DNA of 64,000 nucleotides from a phage: sequence record PZ386959.1; one strand, 5' to 3'. Shown piece by piece: positions 39,401 to 48,706 of this stretch (position 1 is its first letter; each line of letters starts with the position of its first letter). The notes under the pieces were generated by a model. It saw only the letters and a program-made list of their open reading frames with translations, ran no database searches and was not told where the DNA came from. The position numbers and the translations under genes were made by a program.

Positions 39401-40186
39401 ATGGGTATTGTAAAAATCATCAATGGTGATATCTTTGCAGCATTTGATAAAGGTAAGTTTGATGTCATCGGTCACGGTTGCAACTGTATGAATTTAATGG
39501 GTGCAGGTATCGCTGACAAGATTTCTAAACTTTACCCAAAAGCATATGAGACCGATACAGAAGTTTATCTATATGCAGGTGGTATAGGACATAAACCCTG
39601 TGAGGATTTACTAGGTAATATCTCTGTAGCACGTTTAGAACAAGGCCGTATAGCTAACCTCTACACTCAGCTTAAAACTGGTAAAGATGCCAGATACAGT
39701 GCTTTAGAGTCATCTTTGAAGAAACTTAACAGGTACTGTGAAGTCAATCAGTTGAAGAAAGTTGGTTTACCTATGATTGGTGCAGGTATCGGTGGACTTG
39801 ACCCTCAAGCTGTCACCGTTATCATCAATCAGGTGATGAAGAGTGTAGATGTGTATCTATATGTCTATGAAGGAGAGATGTACCACAAGTTACGCTCAGG
39901 TTGGAAGAACTACTGTGAACCAGAATACTTTGCAGGTGTAGTTGTGTTCACGGATAATGCAGTTACCCTCTTCAGACGAAGAAAAGGTAAGATACATCAA
40001 AGTAACCCTCCGGTTGAGAAGATGTCTCTAAGTAACGCTCTAGTTACCCACCTGTCGAAGAGCAATCACAGAATTGCAGTAACATTTGGCAGTGATGCAG
40101 ATGCTTATGCCTATGCAAGAACTGATGAGGATATTGAGTTAATCTTCTCTTCACCAGAGCTTACCTTCTTAGACGCAAAGAACTAA
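39401..40186 (+). CDS. macro-domain-like protein (ADP-ribose binding/processing)
   Basis: 261 aa; N-terminal VIGHGCNCMNLMGAGIADKI resembles macro-domain N-x(6)-GGGV-like glycine loop; second GAGIGG later. Confidence 0.4.
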   Translation: MGIVKIINGDIFAAFDKGKFDVIGHGCNCMNLMGAGIADKISKLYPKAYETDTEVYLYAGGIGHKPCEDLLGNISVARLEQGRIANLYTQLKTGKDARYSALESSLKKLNRYCEVNQLKKVGLPMIGAGIGGLDPQAVTVIINQVMKSVDVYLYVYEGEMYHKLRSGWKNYCEPEYFAGVVVFTDNAVTLFRRRKGKIHQSNPPVEKMSLSNALVTHLSKSNHRIAVTFGSDADAYAYARTDEDIELIFSSPELTFLDAKN

Positions 40187-40261
40187 GAAACTTCGTAGTA
40201 TATTCACAATAGACTAAGCCTTTCTTATCTGGTAAATTTTTCAGGTAAGGAGGGCTTTTTC

Positions 40262-40440
40262 ATTTCAGATTTGTGCAGGTAGAGTTCTGTAGAGAAATCT
40301 ATAGAGAAAATTTTGAACTCCAAAGAGAAAATTCATTTTCAAACTGTGCAGGTAATCTCCAAAGGGTTTTTTCATTTTCAAAACGTGCAGAGAAAAATCA
40401 GGTCGGGCAAGAAAAATCATTTTAGAATTGTGCAGGTAGG
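40262..40440. repeat. 4 imperfect direct repeats (~45-60 bp) CATTTTCAAA.TGTGCAGGTA
   Basis: Copies near 40262, 40333, 40376 and 40416, followed by a C-rich pyrimidine tract CAGCCCAGCCCCTCTCCCACTCTTACTCCCCCTCTCCCC (40450-40492). Confidence 0.6.
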
Positions 40441-40706
40441 TTTTTATAGACAGCCAGCCCAGCCCCTCTCCCACTCTTACTCCCCCTCTCCCCAAAAGTC
40501 AAGAGAAAAATTTGTAGCGGATTGAAAAATAATTCTTGATTTGTGTTCTGCTTTGTGATAGTCGTGTGCGCCCGTTTCATTACAGTTTTGCCAAAAATAT
40601 TTTTAAAATTTTTCTTGACTCTTTGAGTGTGGTTATCTAATATTTGCATCAACGGGGAGGGAATGACCTTCCCCACTAAATAAAGTCCTAAACTGGAGAT
40701 TCAAAA

Positions 40707-41090
40707 ATGGCTTATCGTGCACCTAAATTCATCAACAAAGACAACTTTCGCAACGCACTGGAGAAGTCACTTGATGAAAATTTTAAAGGTAACATTATCA
40801 TTGTTCACGCATTCAATTTTAAGTATGATGTAAACGGGAATAGAATCAACCATTACACGGCAACCATGTTAGATGGTACTCTTTCAAGTGAAAAAGCCAT
40901 TTTACATGCACTTGCTGGACGTGGTAAAAACCTGATAAAATGTGATAAGAGACGTTATCAGGGTGGCGCATATGGTTATGATGATGCTGTTTATCATCTT
41001 GAAAATATGGGCTATCAAGTAGAAAAAGCTGGAGCGTCTCAAATAATCGGCAGTGATGGTTATGTAACTATCTTCAAAATTAACAAATAA
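40707..41090 (+). CDS. array ORF 1, hypothetical
   Basis: 127 aa; preceded by P-type module. Confidence 0.55.
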   Translation: MAYRAPKFINKDNFRNALEKSLDENFKGNIIIVHAFNFKYDVNGNRINHYTATMLDGTLSSEKAILHALAGRGKNLIKCDKRRYQGGAYGYDDAVYHLENMGYQVEKAGASQIIGSDGYVTIFKINK

Positions 41091-41176
41091 AGCACTTTAC
41101 AAGGGGCTTATAGTTCGATAAAGTAAGCCCCAGATAAAGAGCTTTACCACTAAATCCTAAATTGGAGAACTTAAAA

Positions 41177-41470
41177 ATGGCTATTATCAAAAACGTTGTA
41201 ATTACTGCAAAGACTCGTGATGACGCTCGCGTTATGGCTAAAAAGTTATGCGGGAAAGTGGTTGACAATGGAAAACAATCTGCTGTAAGGTGGGGCGTGA
41301 AGGTTGATAAACAGTTGAAGTTAAAAAATTCACCGATAAACCTTTTTACATGTGTAAACACTATCGGGAAGACAAATGTATACACGAAAAAGGCATACAT
41401 TAGACGCGTAGCATTAACATCCCCCATTCGTACAATGAGAAGTTATGCAAAGCTGAAAATTAACAAATAA
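41177..41470 (+). CDS. array ORF 2, hypothetical
   Basis: 97 aa from ATG 7 nt after the module SD; preceded by T-type module. Confidence 0.5.
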   Translation: MAIIKNVVITAKTRDDARVMAKKLCGKVVDNGKQSAVRWGVKVDKQLKLKNSPINLFTCVNTIGKTNVYTKKAYIRRVALTSPIRTMRSYAKLKINK

Positions 41471-41559
41471 AGTACTTTACAGGGGGCTTAAAAGTTGATA
41501 TCTTAAGCCCCAGATAAAGAGCTTTATTCAAATCAACCCTTAAACTAGGAGATTCTAAA

Positions 41560-41856
41560 ATGAAATTATCAAATAAAGTCCGTGAAAATTTAAGCAAGTT
41601 ACTTAATAAAATTGATTTCATTGAAACATCAAGGAATAGTCATGATGTTATGGAATGGTTACACGGAAAAATCAAAGGCCGTCGTGTAGTGATTTGCTTA
41701 TGGAACAGTTGCAGGGAGTATAAAAAACCTGTATTGCAAGTCAATATTTATGATGATACTTTTAAAAGTCCTGTAAAGTCTAAAAGCGATTTATTAGAAT
41801 CCTATGAGATAACTGTAAATGGCAAAGTATCACGTAAAGAGGAAACACCATGTTAA
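41560..41856 (+). CDS. array ORF 3, hypothetical
   Basis: 98 aa; T-type module upstream. Confidence 0.5.
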   Translation: MKLSNKVRENLSKLLNKIDFIETSRNSHDVMEWLHGKIKGRRVVICLWNSCREYKKPVLQVNIYDDTFKSPVKSKSDLLESYEITVNGKVSRKEETPC

Positions 41857-42182
41857 TGACTGGTATCACTGCAATCATTGCCATTTTCGCGCTATATAAG
41901 GCATATAAAGCCTATAATCTGGCAAGTAAGGCAATCACACAACAGGTTAATAATAACCTTGTAATGAGCTTTCTAGAGCGTTTAAGTGATGAACAATTAA
42001 AACGGCTAGAAATGAGCTTTAGATTCAGGGCGAGAACTTATCAAATCAGTGACATTTTCAAAGATAATTTTCAATTAGTCGATGATTATAATTCTCTGAT
42101 AAATGCTTTAAATATTAGTGACTTAAAAGATTATCACGCTGTAATTGTTCAAGAATTGAGCAAACGAAAACAAAACTGTTGA
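41850..42182 (+). CDS. array ORF 4, membrane-anchored
   Basis: 110 aa; N-terminal TM helix; coupled to ORF 3 (overlap), no module. Confidence 0.45.
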   Translation: MLMTGITAIIAIFALYKAYKAYNLASKAITQQVNNNLVMSFLERLSDEQLKRLEMSFRFRARTYQISDIFKDNFQLVDDYNSLINALNISDLKDYHAVIVQELSKRKQNC

Positions 42183-42272
42183 CACTGATTTTTAGATAGA
42201 TTAAATTACACATCAACGGGGAGGCAATGACCTTCCCCACTAAATAAAGTCCTTAAACTAGGAGATTCTAAA

Positions 42273-42545
42273 ATGTACACTACTAACAACGGTCGCACCT
42301 TAAACGTAACCCTACGCCACTATGTGAACGGTGTAATGCACTTCGAGGATTTACAAGCTGAACAGCACATTTTGGATTGGCAACTTGCAGGATTCCAAAA
42401 AACTGCTACCGGATATGGGAAAAAGATTCCAACTAGCTGGAAAGTATACTACGAAGGCCGTTTGCGTAGAATTTATCAAGATGTATGCGGCAATAGCGCA
42501 TCAAGTTACATCATAGTAAAAGGCAAAAAGCTGCATTTAGCATAA
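42273..42545 (+). CDS. array ORF 5, hypothetical
   Basis: 90 aa; P-type module upstream. Confidence 0.5.
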   Translation: MYTTNNGRTLNVTLRHYVNGVMHFEDLQAEQHILDWQLAGFQKTATGYGKKIPTSWKVYYEGRLRRIYQDVCGNSASSYIIVKGKKLHLA

Positions 42546-42630
42546 AGTACTTTACAAGGGGCTTATAGTTCGATAAAGTAAGCCCCAGATAAAGAGCTTT
42601 ACCACTAAATCCTAAATTGGAGATTCAAAA

Positions 42631-43035
42631 ATGGCTATTAATAATCGTGAGTTATCTATCTTAAAAGCACGTTTGACCGTCAACCGGATTAATGTTATCA
42701 CATCATCAGCACCAGATGAAACACTGCAAAACATTATCGGAAAGATTCAAAGCGTTATTTTAGACGTTGAAAACGTAAAAAATTCATTGGCTGACGTTGC
42801 AGCAGGTATCACACTAGACGGTGCGCAATATGAAATGTCCGACATGTTAGGCAAATCTAAGGTAATGAATAAAGAGTTAGATTTGAAAATGTTCCGATTT
42901 GCTGTTAAAGTGTGGCTATCTGTCGAGTATGATGCTAACTTTGCAATCGCTGACTTTTTCGCCACTTGGTTGCAGCGTAATTTGACTAATCATGACTTCC
43001 GCGATATCTGTGATGCAATTTATGCAGAACTCTAA
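42631..43035 (+). CDS. array ORF 6, hypothetical
   Basis: 134 aa; T-type module upstream. Confidence 0.5.
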   Translation: MAINNRELSILKARLTVNRINVITSSAPDETLQNIIGKIQSVILDVENVKNSLADVAAGITLDGAQYEMSDMLGKSKVMNKELDLKMFRFAVKVWLSVEYDANFAIADFFATWLQRNLTNHDFRDICDAIYAEL

Positions 43036-43136
43036 AAAATTTTGTTGACACTGATTTTTAGATAGATTAAATTACACATCAACGGGGAGGGAATGACCTT
43101 CCCCACTAAATAAAGTCCTAAACTGGAGATTCTAAA

Positions 43137-43334
43137 ATGGCTATTATTAACGGCTTAACCATTGAAACAACACACATCAAAGATATCAAAGTTGGTGATG
43201 TAGTCCTTTCCCACGGCGTAGAAAAAACTGTCACTGCAAAGGATATCAAAGAGGATTCTTTCATGGGTAGAACTCTCTTCGGTGATTCTTATTGCTTAGG
43301 TTATCTTGCAGTTTTAAAAGTTGTCAAAAATTAA
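43137..43334 (+). CDS. array ORF 7, hypothetical
   Basis: 65 aa; P-type module upstream. Confidence 0.45.
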   Translation: MAIINGLTIETTHIKDIKVGDVVLSHGVEKTVTAKDIKEDSFMGRTLFGDSYCLGYLAVLKVVKN

Positions 43335-43426
43335 GTAATAAAGTACTTTACAAGGGGCTTAAAAAGTTGGTATCTTAAGCCCCAGATAAAGAGCTTTACA
43401 CAGTCCTTAAACTAGGAGATTAAAAA

Positions 43427-43675
43427 ATGATGAACTATTTCAATATCCCTGATACCTGCCGACTATTGACACAAGAAGAAAACTTGGGTAAACCTTTTCT
43501 TTACCACATGCCAGACAACACACCAAAAACTTATAGTTACAATGTCAACCGTTTTACCGCATACGCTGCAAAGAACGGTTATAAGTTGGTCACTCAAAAA
43601 GTAATGCTGGTTACAACCGCTGACGAGATTCCTACAGTTGCAGTTAAACTAATTTTCTCAAAAAAAGTTAAATAA
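43427..43675 (+). CDS. array ORF 8, hypothetical
   Basis: 82 aa; T-type module upstream. Confidence 0.45.
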   Translation: MMNYFNIPDTCRLLTQEENLGKPFLYHMPDNTPKTYSYNVNRFTAYAAKNGYKLVTQKVMLVTTADEIPTVAVKLIFSKKVK

Positions 43676-43760
43676 AGTACTTTACAAGGGGCTTATAGTT
43701 CGATAAAGTAAGCCCCAGATAAAGAGCTTTACCACTAAATCCTAAACTGGAGATTCAAAA

Positions 43761-44324
43761 ATGAAATGCTATCACGGCACTACTCTGAAAAACTTTGTAA
43801 ACCTGCTGAATGGTGGCGACAAGCCGGAAGGAATCTGGAACTGCTCATACATGGATGATTGTTTCTACGTTTACCCAATGAACAAGATTATCAAAACGGA
43901 ATGTCTGGAAGATGAGGAAGATTCTTACATTCGTGAACGCTGCATTCAAAACGCTTTAGAATCTGGGCTTATTACGGCAGCTTTCCAAATGGAAACGCAG
44001 GACGTAATTGTCATTGAGATGGATATCCCAGAGGAAGAGCTAGAGGATGATTATTCTTGTGACAACATGAGCGATATCGCCAGCTTTACCGGACACTTTG
44101 ATAAAAATTGGATTATTGGCCTTCACTCGACGAAATTTAGTGCGATGTATGCACCTTTCTTTGTACCAGATGCAACTAACCGCAATTTAGGCTATGTTGA
44201 CGATGATTTGTTAAGTATGGCGAAAATTGTACAGAATAGCGGTGACAGTTCCGTGTTTTGTGACTTGCTGGATAAAATCACGGCAAACATCACAAAACGC
44301 AATTTAAAAGACTTTTTAGGTTAA
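43761..44324 (+). CDS. array ORF 9, hypothetical acidic protein
   Basis: 187 aa; T-type module upstream. Confidence 0.5.
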   Translation: MKCYHGTTLKNFVNLLNGGDKPEGIWNCSYMDDCFYVYPMNKIIKTECLEDEEDSYIRERCIQNALESGLITAAFQMETQDVIVIEMDIPEEELEDDYSCDNMSDIASFTGHFDKNWIIGLHSTKFSAMYAPFFVPDATNRNLGYVDDDLLSMAKIVQNSGDSSVFCDLLDKITANITKRNLKDFLG

Positions 44325-44387
44325 TCAGTACAAAGACACCAACTTCCAACTTAAGGCCCATACAGGGCCATTTAAAGGGCTTAAATC

Positions 44388-44621
44388 ATGCTTACAACCG
44401 TTTATCTTATCCTTTCTATTTGTAATGGTCATTCATGTGATTTTAAAGGGCTTGAGGAGTTTACAGGGAGTAAAGAAAATGCTATTCAAGTTTGCCAGAT
44501 AGCAAGACAAGACTATCCCGCCAGTGATGATATTCAATGCTACTTTAAGACAGAAGATGAAGACGGTATCTATTTTGACAGCGTAGATGGTCAGTATGAA
44601 ATTATCATTGAAAAAGACTAG
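44388..44621 (+). CDS. array ORF 10, hypothetical
   Basis: 77 aa; no module (short spacer). Confidence 0.4.
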   Translation: MLTTVYLILSICNGHSCDFKGLEEFTGSKENAIQVCQIARQDYPASDDIQCYFKTEDEDGIYFDSVDGQYEIIIEKD

Positions 44622-44712
44622 ACAAGCCTGATAAAAATCTGTAAATTGTCAATCAACGGGGAGGGAATGACCTTCCCCACTAAGTACAATCCTTAAACTA
44701 GGAGATTCAAAA

Positions 44713-45054
44713 ATGGCTTATGTAACCGTAATTACCGATAAAGAAAATTCATCTTGGTCAACTCAAGTAAGTGATAAGATGTCACCTATGCAGTGCCTAA
44801 AATACTTTGAGCAGTGGAACAAAGGCGAGGATGTCAGCCCCTTTCAAGTGATGCAAATCATCCATACAGATAACGAAGGGAATAAAACGGTTTTAAATAG
44901 TGAGTACTACGCAAGCCGTTTTGAAACTAGAAGTAAAACAATGAAGCTTTTACGTGAATCCGGTTATGCCCATATCGCCGCGCTAATCTGGGATGACCTG
45001 CTAAAAAGACAGCGTATCAGCTATGTAAAACCTGAAAAAATATTCATCAGTTAA
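44713..45054 (+). CDS. array ORF 11, hypothetical
   Basis: 113 aa; P-type module upstream. Confidence 0.5.
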   Translation: MAYVTVITDKENSSWSTQVSDKMSPMQCLKYFEQWNKGEDVSPFQVMQIIHTDNEGNKTVLNSEYYASRFETRSKTMKLLRESGYAHIAALIWDDLLKRQRISYVKPEKIFIS

Positions 45055-45273
45055 TCAATAACTTACAAAAAACTTTTAAAAAAGTGTTGACAATACCCAT
45101 TGACATTGGTAACTTTGTTCGAGGGGGTTATCTAAAAGGGATTCACTTAAAAGATTCTTTATAGATAAGCTTAAAAAATTGCTTGCAATCAGCTATCAAA
45201 ACAAGTAAATTACTAATCAACGGGAGGGATGACCTCCCCACTAAATAAAAATCCTTAAACTAGGAGATTCAAA

Positions 45274-45804
45274 ATGAACAAGTTTAAAGCTATCAACTTC
45301 ATTCGTTCAAATGCTGTAATGTCTAAGCCTGTAAAAGATACATATGAATTCCGTTGTAATGGGGTACATTTCGCAACAATCACCAAATCAGAAAACGGGG
45401 CTTATTACGTTCATCGTCGTAATGTCTCAACCGTTGTAGTCTCTCACTTTATGCAAGCTGTAGCGGAATTATTACCGTTATTCTTAGAGATTTATCTAGA
45501 TGAGTGTAAAAACGTTCACAACCACGTTAAAAACCTTTTAAACGGTTATAAAATGGCTTATGAACGTTCTATCAAGTCACTAAACAAGTTTTACAATGCA
45601 CCTGCAAATACTGTTTCAATGGCTTATGATGTAAACGGTGAGTTAGTTAGTCTCTTTAAAGTGGAAGAAATTAAACTGTATAATTTACGTCCTAGTGGTT
45701 ACTCTAAGACTCTTGGTGAAGGTTTAACGTTCAATATCAAGAACTTAGAAAAAACTTTAAAAGATATTGAAAAAGATATTGACGAGACAATCAAAAGTCT
45801 GTAA
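45274..45804 (+). CDS. array ORF 12, hypothetical
   Basis: 176 aa; P-type module upstream. Confidence 0.5.
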   Translation: MNKFKAINFIRSNAVMSKPVKDTYEFRCNGVHFATITKSENGAYYVHRRNVSTVVVSHFMQAVAELLPLFLEIYLDECKNVHNHVKNLLNGYKMAYERSIKSLNKFYNAPANTVSMAYDVNGELVSLFKVEEIKLYNLRPSGYSKTLGEGLTFNIKNLEKTLKDIEKDIDETIKSL

Positions 45805-45870
45805 ATTGTCAATCAACGGGGAGGGAATGACCTTCCCCACTAAATAAAATCCTAAACTGGAGTTATCAAG

Positions 45871-46134
45871 ATGGAAAACGTAGAATTAACCACACTTTTA
45901 CAAATTGCAACCGACAAAGAAGATGTAGCATTATTTCACCGTATTGAAAGTGATTTGTTCAATGGTGAAATCATCAAAGAATCTTACGAAGTTGTCGGAT
46001 TCAAAGATGGTAAAGCGTTTGGCTTTTTTGACCTCGATAAAGGCAACGCTGTTACAAAATATGATGTTTTATCTTGTGAGATTCTTACAAAATACAACGA
46101 AAAAAGGCTTGCAACATACGCCAATATGCAGTAA
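45871..46134 (+). CDS. array ORF 13, hypothetical
   Basis: 87 aa; P-type module upstream. Confidence 0.5.
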   Translation: MENVELTTLLQIATDKEDVALFHRIESDLFNGEIIKESYEVVGFKDGKAFGFFDLDKGNAVTKYDVLSCEILTKYNEKRLATYANMQ

Positions 46135-46200
46135 ATTACTAATCAACGGGAGGCGATAACCTCCCCACTAAATAAAACCCTTAAACTAGGAGATTCAAAA

Positions 46201-46449
46201 ATGGCAACTATCCGCGCTACTGTTAACGAGTTCGGTTTTTCCTCTCTGGATGTTAAATTTGACATTACAGGCACTGATAACGCCTTTGAAATGGTGAAAG
46301 GTCTTATCAGTCAGACCATCAAAGATTATAATCCTTCGGATGAGTTCTGGGAGGAAACAAAACAAGAAGTTCTCAAGGATGGTTATACTTATCACTATTG
46401 GGGAGAAAAAATCGTCTCCCTGTACTACAACAAACAAGATTATAACTAA
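46201..46449 (+). CDS. array ORF 14, hypothetical
   Basis: 82 aa; P-type module upstream. Confidence 0.5.
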   Translation: MATIRATVNEFGFSSLDVKFDITGTDNAFEMVKGLISQTIKDYNPSDEFWEETKQEVLKDGYTYHYWGEKIVSLYYNKQDYN

Positions 46450-46469
46450 TCGACGCAGCGGGACTAAAT

Positions 46470-46515
46470 AGCCCCAGATACCTGAAAAGCTCCTTCTCAT
46501 AGGGGCTTTTTTACG
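46470..46515 (+). terminator. terminator-like hairpin closing the array
   Basis: AGCCCC..(long loop)..GGGGCT followed by TTTTTT. Confidence 0.45.
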
Positions 46516-46519
46516 TCTA

Positions 46520-48060
46520 TGTAATAGCCTCTATACAACCCTTTCCCTTTCCTTCCTAGAATCTATCCCACTAATTCGATAGAATCTATCTCATACCTTA
46601 AAAAGCAATAACTCTATAGTTTACTCTATAACCTTTTATCAAATCAACTTAAATATAAGCCCATAACCCGAAAGGGAAGGGCAACCGTTTAAACGCTCTA
46701 TAAAGCTCTATAACAGCCTTATCAACCTAACTTAAGGGATTGCATTAACTCACCTTAAAAAGCTCTTTACAGGGCTTTATAGAGGCTTAAAAGAATCTTA
46801 TAAGGTTATAAGCTTTATTATCTCGTTAGCTATCTTGTGAACTACTAAAAAGGGGCTTGTTAGTATCTTAAAAGTATGTTATAGGGGCTATAAAGTTACT
46901 CCAAAGTTACGTAAATACTAGCCCCCTTAACATTCTCTTAACAAATTCTTAACAATCCCTACATAGTTATGCTTGTTAGAGACTTGTTAGCCCCTTGTTA
47001 AATCTCTGTTAAGACCACGTAAAAGCCTTGTAAGAGTCTTTGACATAGCCTTAAAAGCTCCTGTAAAGACCCATAAAGAGCTATCTGTACAGTTGGGGGG
47101 TAAATACTAGGAAGAGACTTAAAAGAGCTTACAAGGAGCTATAGAGGGCTTTTAAGAGGTATGTTTAAAGAATCACTAAGAAGCAAAGAGAACGATAAGA
47201 AAGAGTAGTGACCATGTTAATAGCTTGTTAAAAAGATTAGACACTTGTTAGGAACTTGTTAATTATCTTAACAAAATAACTCTTAAAAATTAACTTGTTA
47301 GCTCTTGTTAGTCATCTGTTAAGAGACTATAAAGACCATGTATCGACTGTTAAGAACTTGTTACAGCCTTGTTAGTTCTGTTAAGAATCTGTTAAGACCT
47401 CTGAAGAGATGTTAAGAGAATGTAGTAGCTGTTAAGAGATTGTTAAGGATATTTTAAAATTCTGCAAAGGGGATGTTACAGGGATGTTAAGGGCTACCAA
47501 GCAGATATACATCTTCTACAGATATTTTTCAGTTCCTTCAAAGACTCTAAAAAATGACTTGATAGTCCTATTTTATAAAAATTTTAAAAATCTGAATAAT
47601 CACCTAGACAGTCTTTTAAAAATACAGGTAGAAACAGGCTTATAAGATACCTTGTTAGTGCCGTGTTAGACCTTGTGAGATAAGGTCTGTAAAGATATTC
47701 CTGTTAAGTTTGTTAAAACAGCCTATATAGAGGCTTAGTAATACCTAGTGAACACCTATAGAGAGTATCATAGCTGACATAGAGATTAAGGGGTGTATAG
47801 AGGCTTCTAAGAGCGTATAGAGAGATGGTTAAGGTGATTGTATAGGTTGTTAAGATGGCTTGTTAGAAGAGTGTTTAGAAGGCTTATTAAAGGGCTATTT
47901 AGAAGGGTTATACAGAGGGGCTATTAAGACCACTAGATAGTTACTAAGATACTATATAGTACTATATAACTATATAGAGAGTAAGATTAAGAAGGTTGTT
48001 AAGAAGGATAGATATTTTATTCACATATGATGGTGACCCAGAGGTTGGGACAACCGATAA
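46520..48060. repeat. ORF-free region dense in short direct repeats (CTTGTTAG / CTGTTAAG / TATAGAG families)
   Basis: No ORF of 60 aa or more in any frame across about 1.6 kb; roughly 30 copies of (C)TTGTTA(G/A) or TGTTAAGA between 46850 and 47500, TATAGAG-type repeats 47750-48000. Confidence 0.75.
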
Positions 48061-48075
48061 AATTTTTATAAAAAT

Positions 48076-48101
48076 TAAAAAAGCCCCCAATTAAGGAGGC
48101 T
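48076..48101 (-). terminator. intrinsic terminator (minus strand)
   Basis: Minus-strand read AGCCTCC-TTAATT-GGGGGCT followed by TTTTTT, 3' of gene 48113..48706. Confidence 0.6.
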
Positions 48102-48112
48102 CTTAAGATATT

Positions 48113-48706
48113 TTAAATCAGTGTTTCCAGAACTGTTTTTAATGATGACTTAGTTGTCTGATAAAAATGAGTAAATCCATTGTTGTTATCAAATACCTGC
48201 ATCATGATATCATCCCCCTTGATTGGGTAAACTCGGATATCATAGTGAAAACCATTAAAGACACAAGAACCACTACAGAATGCTCTAAAGTCATCCACTG
48301 AGATATACTCTTCGTGACCTGTGATTTTTATACAAACACCTTTACTCGGTCTCTTAGGGTTGATATCTTCCATCACAGACATACTCTGTCCACCAAGAGA
48401 TACCATAGTGACCACTTTACGGTTCTTCTGTCTAAAGTACATCTTAACTTTCTGCAAAGTATCTTCATAGAACGGATAAGACCTTTCTACAAAGATTCCT
48501 TCAAGCGGCTCTTTACCATTTTCAACTTCTCTGTTATGCCGTACTGCAAAGATAATTTGTTCGAACCAGTCAAGATTTTCTTCGGAGAGTGCTTCCCGAA
48601 TATCACTCCAGTCAAGGACTAGATAGTTACCTTCAACTTCTTTTAAGTTATCTTTTCCCATAGTTATCACACCATTATCGTAAAACTTGGTAAGCTGGAA
48701 CTGCAA
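48113..48706 (-). CDS. hypothetical protein
   Basis: 197 aa ORF. Confidence 0.5.
   Translation of the reverse strand: MQFQLTKFYDNGVITMGKDNLKEVEGNYLVLDWSDIREALSEENLDWFEQIIFAVRHNREVENGKEPLEGIFVERSYPFYEDTLQKVKMYFRQKNRKVVTMVSLGGQSMSVMEDINPKRPSKGVCIKITGHEEYISVDDFRAFCSGSCVFNGFHYDIRVYPIKGDDIMMQVFDNNNGFTHFYQTTKSSLKTVLETLI

Larger units (their letters stand above)
41091..43760 (+). repeat. T-type modules (GC-clamp hairpin + shared SD leader), 5 copies
   Basis: At 41091-41176, 41471-41559, 42546-42630, 43335-43426, 43676-43760: TAAAGTACTTTACAAGGGGCTTA-loop-TAAGCCCCAGATAAAGAGCTTTACCACTAAATCCTAAACTGGAGATTCAAAAATG; stem conserved, loop varies. Confidence 0.8.
40615..46200 (+). repeat. P-type modules (promoter + 5' hairpin + SD), 7 copies
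   Basis: At 40615-40706, 42179-42272, 43046-43136, 44620-44712, 45182-45273, 45778-45870, 46112-46200: TTGACA-like -35, 17 nt, TAAATT, then ATCAACGG-GGGAGGGAATGACCTTCCCC-ACTAAATAAA..CCTAAACTGGAGATTCAAAA-ATG. Confidence 0.8.

Noticed and set aside
40265-40676. ORFs 40265..40495 (-), 40313..40525 (+) and 40422..40676 (-) across the tandem-repeat and C-rich tract
   Set aside because: They arise from repeat periodicity and low-complexity pyrimidine sequence, overlap one another in different frames, and lack start context.
40600-46520. Regularly recurring ~85-bp near-identical repeats looked superficially like a CRISPR array
   Set aside because: Repeat units are separated by 200-560 bp of protein-coding sequence with SD and ATG, not 25-50-bp spacers; the repeats contain promoter and SD elements; no cas genes are present.
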